The notes beneath the pieces were generated by a model. That model searched no databases. It worked only from the letters and a program-made list of their open reading frames with translations, and was not told the DNA's origin. The position numbers were made by a program, and so were the translations under genes. A stretch of DNA of 64,000 nucleotides, from NCBI GenBank assembly GCA_964016885.1, contig OZ024762.1, positions 5,146,001-5,210,000 of the forward strand. The letters are read 5' to 3'. Of the stretch, positions 54,480-64,000 are shown in pieces. The stretch is from Eledone cirrhosa (Eukaryota). The stretch's first letter is position 1. Each line of letters begins with the position of its first letter.

Positions 54480-54800
54480 GTAGAGTGTCGGACAAATGCT
54501 TAACGATATTTGTTCCATTTCTCTTAGTTCTGAGTTCAAATCCCACTGGAGTCAACTTTGCTTTTCTTCCTTCTGGGAGTTGATAAAAAAAATAAAGTAC
54601 CAGTCAAGTGCTAGGGTTCATATAAACGACTTTCCCGCCCCCTTAAATTGCTGGTCTTGTGCCTAAACCAGAAATCGTTATTATGTTCTGAATTCAAATC
54701 CAAACGAGGTTAGCTTTGCATTTTATCCTTCCCGGGTCGATTTAATCGATCCCCCCCCCCCCTCTCCAAATTGCTGGCCTTGTTCCAAAATTAGAAATTA
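54480..54800 (+). mobile_element. Two tandem OK-type SINE copies
   Basis: GAGTTCAAATCC..AACTTTGC..AAATAAAGTACCAGT..GCTGGCCTTGT motifs. Confidence 0.7.
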
Positions 54801-55638
54801 ATACTTTCTAACCAAAAGACGATTACTTTTTTTACATTCCAAGGGAGATAACTTACTCATACCCTGCTATATAAAGACGTTTTCATTGAGAAATGCCGAC
54901 AACATTGTACGAGTGTCGACTGAGAACTTTCCAGCAGACCTCCGTATATAACTGGTAATTAACATTTTCGTTTCTTTCCTTCGTTAGCAGAGGGGTTAAA
55001 ACGTCAGATACAATGCAGCTCTAGCATCATTCCTTCATAGTCAGTCTAAGAACTTTCCAGCAGACCTCTCTATATAACTGGTATTAAACATTTTCGTTTC
55101 TTTCCTTCGTTAGCAGAGGGGTTAAAACGTCAGATACAATGCGTTGCTGTGTTCGTTTTGGTTCTCTATTCTCTCCTCAGTTCAAATCCTGCCAAAGTCA
55201 ACTTTGCCTTTCATCCTTCTATGGTCGACAAAAAGTAAAATACTAGTAACACACTGGGGTCGATGACTCCCCACCCCCACACACCGACCCACCAAAACAT
55301 TTCTGGCCTTGTGCCGATGTTAGAAATAATATAAATATTAATATTATTATTATTTACAATTTTTTTACAATTTTTTTACAAGGTGTTTTAGAAAAAGTGC
55401 AAGAAAAACAAAATTAAAGAAAAGTATATTAAAAAAATAATATGTGTATAAATATTATATATATTTTTTTTTGTATATATATATATATATATACACTACA
55501 TATATAAATACATATATATATATATACACTATATATATACATACTATCTATATATATATAAATACATATATATATATACACATAATTATATATATATATA
55601 CTATATATACTATTTATATATATATATATGTATATATA

Positions 55639-55669
<31 letters not shown>

Positions 55670-56037
55670 CCTATATATATAGAGAGATGGATAAATATAC
55701 ATGGGTGTGTATGATTGTGTATAGAAGATTATATTAATAAAAGGAATTCGAACTTTGTCTGATTTACTCGTTTTATTTACAATCGTTTAAAATTTATAAT
55801 GGTATTAGAATGAAATAGTATGGTAGAATATTAAATGTTAAGTGTTAATTGAACAAGTACTTTCATGCTTTCGCAATCTTCGGGTTCATATTGTGTGGTG
55901 ATAGTCAGGTTTGCAATTTTCAACTGTAATGAGATGGGTAAATTTTGTGCCATATATACAGTGAAAAGTGGCTCCAGAATGCTAAATCTTGCAAACTATA
56001 TTTCGACCAATCGGTGTGTAGTTTCACTGGATTACTT

Positions 56038-56056
56038 ATATATATATATATATATA

Positions 56057-56105
<49 letters not shown>

Positions 56106-56214
56106 ATACCTATATATATATATATATAGGTATATATATATATATATATATAGGTATATATATATATATATATAGGTATATATATATATATAGGTATATA
56201 TATATATGTATATA

Positions 56215-56257
<43 letters not shown>

Positions 56258-56461
56258 ATATATATATATATACCTATATATATACATATATGTATATATA
56301 TATATAAATACCTATATATATACATATATGTATATATATATATAAATACCTATATATATACATATATGTATATATATATACATATATATAAATACCTATA
56401 TATATACATATATGTATAGATATATATACATATATATAAATACCTATATATAAATACATAT

Positions 56462-56507
<46 letters not shown>

Positions 56508-56584
56508 ATATATATATATAGGTATATATATATATATATATAGGTATATATATATATATATATATACCTATATATATATATAGG

Positions 56585-56618
<34 letters not shown>

Positions 56619-56683
56619 TAGGTATATATATATATATATACCTATATATAGGTATATATATATACCTATATATATATACATAT

Positions 56684-56735
<52 letters not shown>

Positions 56736-57268
56736 ATATGTATATAAATATATATACCTATATGTATATAAATATATATACATATAAGTATATAAATATA
56801 TATACATATAAGTATATAAATATATATACATATAAGTATATATATATATATACCTATATGTATATAAATATATATATACCTATATGTATATAAATATATA
56901 TATACCTATATGTATATAAATATATATACATATAAGTATATAAATATATATACATATAAGTATATATATATATATACCTATATATATATATATATATACC
57001 TATATAAATATATACATATATATATACCTATATGTATAAATATATATATACATATAAGTATATATATATACCTATATATATATACCTATATGTATATATA
57101 TATATACCTATATATATATATACAGGTATATATAGGTATATATATATATACATGTATATATATACATGTATATATATATATATATACATGTATATATATA
57201 TACATGTATATATATATATATATACATGTATATATGTATACATGTATATATATATATATATATACATG

Positions 57269-57303
<35 letters not shown>

Positions 57304-57932
57304 GTATATATATGTATATATATATACATGTATATATATATATATATACATGTATATATATATATATGTATATATATATATGTATATATATATACATGTA
57401 TATATATATACATTTATATATATATATATACATGTATATATATATATATATATATACATGTATACATGTATATATATATACATGTATATATCCTTCTATG
57501 TTGTTTACTTGTCTCACTCGCTTTACGCGATTCACTTGTCCCAAAAGCTTTCTTTAGTTATTGCTCGCACCAACCTGAGGTATATGATTTTTAATGCGAT
57601 GAAATACCAATGATGGTTGGCAAATCACTGACGAGGGACTAATTTTATCATATGCAACCATGCAGTATTCCTCTTTCCTCTCATCTTTTTTATACATATA
57701 TATATATATATATATACATGTATATATATATATATATATACATGTATATATATGTATATATATATACATGTATATATATGTATATATATATATATATACA
57801 TGTATATATACATATATATATATACATGTGTATATACATATATGTCTATATATATATAGACATATATGTCTATATATACATATATGTCTATATATATATA
57901 TACATATATGTCTATATATATATATACATATA

Positions 57933-57972
<40 letters not shown>

Positions 57973-58104
57973 TGTCTATATATATACATATATATCTATA
58001 TATATACATATATATCTATATATATATATACATATATGTCTATATATATATACATATATGTCTATATATATATATATATACATGTATATATATGGATACA
58101 TGTA

Positions 58105-58159
<55 letters not shown>

Positions 58160-58201
58160 ATATATGGATATATACATGTATATATAAATGTATATGTATA
58201 T
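56038..58201. repeat. Long interrupted (TA)n satellite
   Basis: Directly visible, with a ~200-bp unique island at 57490-57690. Confidence 0.95.
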
Positions 58202-58500
58202 ATTGAAACAAAATGAAAACGAAATTTCATTTCTCACTCTTAGTATGGCACTTACTTAAATGTAAGTATGCATGTATACGTACATACATATATGTATACA
58301 GACGTACAGTAGCATGCACATATATATATATATATACATATATATATACATATGCATACAGGTACACATACACATATGCACGTATCAGTTTAGCGGCGCT
58401 AACGTCGCTTTGTTCGTTTGTAAACAAACTGAACAGCCTGAATTTATGCCATACGGTGTTAAGGCAACCACGTCACCTTTTTGTTCAACACTGACACAGG

Positions 58501-58545
58501 AACGATGTACTAGTTTCAAGCTTGTTAGCTATCATCAGCACCGTT
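58501..58545 (-). ncRNA. Minimal type I hammerhead ribozyme (unit 1)
   Basis: Minus strand: AACGGTG CTGATGA T-AGCT-AACA-AGCT-T GAA ACTAGT A^ CATCGTT; predicted cut between 58508 and 58507. Confidence 0.88.
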
Positions 58546-58966
58546 TACCCATCTGCCAGATAGTTGAACGTTCGAAAGTATATACTTTCCTTATGAAAAT
58601 TAACGGCTGAGCAGCCTAATTTGCATATTGAGTGAGTTAAATCGGTCAGGCATACCGAAAACGATAAATTGAAACAAAATGAAAACGAAATTTCATTTCT
58701 CACTCTTAGTATGGCACTTACTTAAATGTAAGTATGCATGTATACGTACATACATATATGTATACAGACGTACAGTAGCATGCACATATATATATATATA
58801 TACATATATATATACATATGCATACAGGTACACATACATATATGCACGTATCAGTTTAGCGGCGCTAACGTCGCTTTGTTCGTTTGTAAACAAACTGAAC
58901 AGCCTGAATTTATGCCATACGGTGTTAAGGCAACCACGTCACCTTTTTGTTCAACACTGACACAGG

Positions 58967-59011
58967 AACGATGTACTAGTTTCAAGCTTGTTAGCTATCA
59001 TCAGCACCGTT
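58967..59011 (-). ncRNA. Minimal type I hammerhead ribozyme (unit 2)
   Basis: Identical to 58501-58545. Confidence 0.88.
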
Positions 59012-59420
59012 TACCCATCTGCCAGATAGTTGAACGTTCGAAAGTATATACTTTCCTTATGAAAATTAACGGCTGAGCAGCCTAATTTGCATATTGAGTG
59101 AGTTAAATCGGTCAGGCATACCGAAAACGATAAATTGAAACAAAATGAAAACGAAATTTCATTTCTCACTCTTAGTATGGCACTTACTTAAATGTAAGTA
59201 TGCATGTATACGTACATACATATATGTATACAGACGTACAGTAGCATGCACATATATATATATATATACATATGCATACAGGTACACATACATATATGCA
59301 CGTATCAGTTTAGCGGCGCTAACGTCGCTTTGTTCGTTTGTAAACAAACTGAACAGCCTGAATTTATGCCATACGGTGTTAAGGCAACCACGTCACCTTT
59401 TTGTTCAACACTGACACAGG

Positions 59421-59465
59421 AACGATGTACTAGTTTCAAGCTTGTTAGCTATCATCAGCACCGTT
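59421..59465 (-). ncRNA. Minimal type I hammerhead ribozyme (unit 3)
   Basis: Identical to 58501-58545. Confidence 0.88.
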
Positions 59466-59874
59466 TACCCATCTGCCAGATAGTTGAACGTTCGAAAGTA
59501 TATACTTTCCTTATGAAAATTAACGGCTGAGCAGCCTAATTTGCATATTGAGTGAGTTAAATCGGTCAGGCATACCGAAAACGATAAATTGAAACAAAAT
59601 GAAAACGAAATTTCATTTCTCACTCTTAGTATGGCACTTACTTAAATGTAAGTATGCATGTATACGTACATACATATATGTATACAGACGTACAGTAGCA
59701 TGCACATATATATATATATATACATATGCATACAGGTACACATACATATATGCACGTATCAGTTTAGCGGCGCTAACGTCGCTTTGTTCGTTTGTAAACA
59801 AACTGAACAGCCTGAATTTATGCCATACGGTGTTAAGGCAACCACGTCACCTTTTTGTTCAACACTGACACAGG

Positions 59875-59919
59875 AACGATGTACTAGTTTCAAGCTTGTT
59901 AGCTATCATCAGCACCGTT
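59875..59919 (-). ncRNA. Minimal type I hammerhead ribozyme (unit 4)
   Basis: Identical to 58501-58545. Confidence 0.88.
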
Positions 59920-60340
59920 TACCCATCTGCCAGATAGTTGAACGTTCGAAAGTATATACTTTCCTTATGAAAATTAACGGCTGAGCAGCCTAATTTGCAT
60001 ATTGAGTGAGTTAAATCGGTCAGGCATACCGAAAACGATAAATTGAAACAAAATGAAAACGAAATTTCATTTCTCACTCTTAGTATGGCACTTACTTAAA
60101 TGTAAGTATGCATGTATACGTACATACATATATGTATACAGACGTACAGTAGCATGCACATATATATATATATATACATATATATATACATATGCATACA
60201 GGTACACATACATATATGCACGTATCAGTTTAGCGGCGCTAACGTCGCTTTGTTCGTTTGTAAACAAACTGAACAGCCTGAATTTATGCCATACGGTGTT
60301 AAGGCAACCACGTCACCTTTTTGTTCAACACTGACACAGG

Positions 60341-60385
60341 AACGATGTACTAGTTTCAAGCTTGTTAGCTATCATCAGCACCGTT
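60341..60385 (-). ncRNA. Minimal type I hammerhead ribozyme (unit 5)
   Basis: Identical to 58501-58545. Confidence 0.88.
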
Positions 60386-60806
60386 TACCCATCTGCCAGA
60401 TAGTTGAACGTTCGAAAGTATATACTTTCCTTATGAAAATTAACGGCTGAGCAGCCTAATTTGCATATTGAGTGAGTTAAATCGGTCAGGCATACCGAAA
60501 ACGATAAATTGAAACAAAATGAAAACGAAATTTCATTTCTCACTCTTAGTATGGCACTTACTTAAATGTAAGTATGCATGTATACGTACATACATATATG
60601 TATACAGACGTACAGTAGCATGCACATATATATATATATATACATATATATATACATATGCATACAGGTACACATACATATATGCACGTATCAGTTTAGC
60701 GGCGCTAACGTCGCTTTGTTCGTTTGTAAACAAACTGAACAGCCTGAATTTATGCCATACGGTGTTAAGGCAACCACGTCACCTTTTTGTTCAACACTGA
60801 CACAGG

Positions 60807-60851
60807 AACGATGTACTAGTTTCAAGCTTGTTAGCTATCATCAGCACCGTT
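60807..60851 (-). ncRNA. Minimal type I hammerhead ribozyme (unit 6)
   Basis: Identical to 58501-58545. Confidence 0.88.
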
Positions 60852-60955
60852 TACCCATCTGCCAGATAGTTGAACGTTCGAAAGTATATACTTTCCTTAT
60901 GAAAATTAACGGCTGAGCAGCCTAATTTGCATATTGAGTGAGTTAAATCGGTCAG

Positions 60956-61193
60956 GTGTCAGTGTTGAACAAAAAGGTGACGTGGTTGCCTTAACACCGT
61001 ATGGCATAAATTCAGGCTGTTCAGTTTGTTTACAAACGAACAAAGCGACGTTAGCGCCGCTAAACTGATACGTGCATATATGTATGTGTACCTGTATGCA
61101 TATGTATATATATATGTATATATATATATATATGTGCATGCTACTGTACGTCTGTATACATATATGTATGTACGTATACATGCATACTTACAT
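60956..61193 (+). repeat. Inverted partial copy of the array unit
   Basis: GTGTCAGTGTTGAACAAAAAGG...GCATACTTACAT is the reverse complement of ~60566-60803. Confidence 0.92.
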
Positions 61194-62853
61194 ATATGTA
61201 TATATATATATATAAATGTATATATATATCTATATCTAAATGTATTTATATATGTATATCTAAATGTATATATATATATATATAATGATGTGTTCACCTA
61301 TTAATATATATATATATGTGGTCTTATAAGGAGTTGTGTGGTGGGATTGAACAAAATGGCTGTTTGTGTTTGCCAGCATCCAAGATTATATTTTTATTCT
61401 TTAGGGATCAAAATTGTTTTAAAGAAATTGTTAGGTTCTGGTGAAGACTTGAAACGATCATCTAGAAATAGTGTGGTTAAGGAGTTACAACTATGTGGCT
61501 CTAGATTAAATTCCTCAGTGCGCCACCTTGGCTCACATTGGTAGACGGAAATTACATCAAAGTATGGTGAGAGCTATAGCATCTTGAAATAAGAATATTT
61601 ATTTCCATATTAATTGTTCTGTATATATGTACAAAATACTAGCAGTTTCTAAATTAATTTATCTATAGAAACGGAATGAGAATGAGATAACACACGGAAT
61701 ATATTTTGAAGCGTGTTACTTTACTTTCTTTCCGTTTCTATATTTTTTTTTTTGACAAAATAAATAAAATTTTGTATATAAGTATGACTAATTTACTGAG
61801 TAGTATTGTAGCTTCGCGTGACGATACCCGTAGCAGTTCGGACTTCGTCGCCTACTTAAGTATGGCGTGACCATTCTATGTGTCTGAAGATCGAATCGTT
61901 GCAGTGGCACGCGGCCTTATTTGTAGGCTAGCTATATGCTAACCTGATGTCCTGGACCGAGTTAGGAATCCGTCTAACCCCCTTCTCTCTAAATTTGATT
62001 TGAGTTATCTCCGTTTATTTAGAGTTACTTCCCCGTTATGGAATTCTTTTTATTTTTCTTTCAATTCACTTCCGGTTCTTTGAAAGAAAATCGTTTTCCT
62101 ATAACGAGGTAATGAAACTAAACCTTTTCTATATACACACTTTTTATTTACCGTGGCTTTCTGACACGATTTCTTTTAAACCAAAAAACTACTCATACGA
62201 ATAGTGTTACTTCTTGTAAAGAAACAAAACTAGGCCATCTCGACACTATATACATTTCTAAGAACTATAACTCAAATTTCTCTATAAAACACATTCTGTG
62301 TATCAGCTATCTTTCTTTATTGAAGACATTGTAAACCTTGTCAACAATACGTTTTACTATCTTCTCTTTTTAGAGACATACATATAAAGCTATTTACTTT
62401 CTACTACGAAAAATATATTAACCTTCTCTATGCAGGAAAATACCTTTCCTATTTTTTATTAAGAAACAAAATATGTATAGCTACAGTTGTATTTTTTTCT
62501 TCTCCATTTCTTTCACAACGAAGCACGGCAGCTTCATTTCTCGCACACGTGTGTGAATAAAAAACGTTAAACACTTGGATTTTACCAATTTTAGGTTGAT
62601 CAGTTATTGAAACATGTTCTGTATATTTCCCTCCATAATGTTAGAAATAATTATTTAAACGTTAGGTTGTTTTTTTTTTGCTTCGGCTTAGGGTATGTAT
62701 GTGCCATAGTATCTCCTGTGGCCAACTAAGCCCTGGTCATCATAAGCTTAGAGAGTGAAAGAAGCAGTTTTAGGTCATATACTTCACATAGCATCTCCTA
62801 CACCCTGGGCAATGTCCCATAGTTTCTACCACGCTAGCATGGGTCGTTTTGCT

Positions 62854-62928
<75 letters not shown>

Positions 62929-63180
62929 GCAAGTATATTTGTCCATCAATTGTGTATACACAGGACAGAAGAATATTTGGTAGGTGAGGCAAGTTTAAGG
63001 GTGTAAACGTCTTGTAAGATCCTCTACGGCCAGCTGAACCATAGTCAGTGAATACTTAGGGGGCGAAAGGACCCTATGGATGCAACCAGTCTCGAAGTTC
63101 CTGATCTCCAGTCGTTTCACTCCAAGGCCATTTGCTGAAATGTTTCATAAAGTATATTGGTTGCTGAAAGGTTACTCTTT

Positions 63181-64000
63181 TCATCATCATCATCATCAGG
63201 TTTAGCGTCCGTGTTCCACGCTTGCATGGGTTTGGACGGGGGTTTTCCCACTTGAGGCAAGAGTGGTTGTCTTGCTCGCATAGGACTGTCTGGCGGGTTT
63301 TCTACAGTTGGATGCCCTTCCTAACACCAACCACATTTACAGTGTGGGGCTGGGAGGTTTTTACCGTGTTGCCTACACAGCCACATTACAGCGTGGACTG
63401 TCTGGCGGGTTTTCTACAGCTGGATGCCCTTCCTAACACCAACCACATTTACAGTGTGGGGCTGGGAGGTTTTTACCGTGTTGCCTACACGGCCACATTT
63501 ACAGCGTGGACTGTGTGTTTTTTTGTCGTGACACCTACACGATCTCATTTGTTTCGGCCTGGATGTTGTGGGACCAACATAACTGTACATTGAAAGGGGC
63601 AGTGTGGATGGGGTGGAGGTGGTGGGACGGGGGGGTGTTTTGATAGAGATGCCTACTGACTGTAGTAGGTTTTTACTTTGTATTTAGGTAAGGCGGGTCT
63701 TCTCTATTACTGAGTACCGCCAAAGGTCTCGGTCCAGTGACATTGTCTTGGAGAGGTGTAAGCATGTGAGGTCGGAATTTATCAGCTCGTCCCATGTTTT
63801 TCTGGGTCTGCCTACTCCGTGGCTACCGTCTATCTTTATTGCCCTGCACTTTGTTATACAGCTGTCGTCTTTCATGCGCATCACGTGACCGTACCAACGT
63901 AGCCTTCTCTCGAGTAAACAACATCTGATCCCTCTTATTTCTAATTTTTTCCTTAGTTCGTTTATGCTTTGCCGTTCACGTATATTACTATTGCACATCC
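63181..64000 (-). mobile_element. RTE LINE 3' end (RT C-terminus, 3'UTR, tail), continuing beyond the window
   Basis: ORF 63684-63998 ([17 protein letters not shown]...GRPRKTW) is a sister subfamily of the 23.7-kb element; the UTR contains a ~121-bp duplication. Confidence 0.92.

Larger units (their letters stand above)
58202..60956 (-). mobile_element. Retrozyme-like tandem array: six 454/466-bp units, each with a hammerhead ribozyme
   Basis: Periods 466, 466, 454, 454, 466. Units appear identical apart from a 12-bp (TA/CA) indel and one substitution. Hammerheads at 58501, 58967, 59421, 59875, 60341 and 60807; no coding capacity. Confidence 0.88.

Noticed and set aside
58213-61304. Repeated 62-112 aa ORFs in the tandem array
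   Set aside because: Open in several frames because of the internal TA/CA tract, mostly with non-ATG starts and no recognisable domain; the RNA motif explains the unit better.
61436-61467. Hammerhead-like TTCTG-GTGAAGA-CTT-GAAACGATCATC-TAGAA
   Set aside because: Core C3 is changed to G and there is no helix II; at best a relic.

Overview
Eukaryotic, AT-rich, microsatellite-saturated window. The SINE and RTE-LINE families point to a cephalopod, probably Octopus (inference). Nearly all ORF-track entries are simple-repeat noise. Real content: (1) seven phase-compatible 3' coding exons of a PGAP1-like GPI inositol-deacylase gene on + (42174-52781); (2) a 5'-truncated but open RTE-clade LINE RT (23703-25505) with a PHD-like C4HC3 insertion, plus many fragments and LINE-derived minisatellites; (3) tRNA-SINEs and piggyBac/hAT/Tc1-type MITEs; (4) a decayed Penelope-type GIY-YIG endonuclease (44401-44766). 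The most notable element is a near-identical head-to-tail array of six 454/466-bp units (58202-60956). Each unit carries a minus-strand minimal type I hammerhead ribozyme with a palindromic helix III and an upstream octamer motif, and the array ends in an inverted partial copy. This is the architecture of a non-LTR retrozyme, a Penelope-dependent element expected to yield self-cleaved and possibly circular RNA. About a dozen further intact or decayed hammerheads from several families are scattered through the window, mostly next to (TA)n tracts. All structures and homologies were read by eye; nothing was computed or searched.
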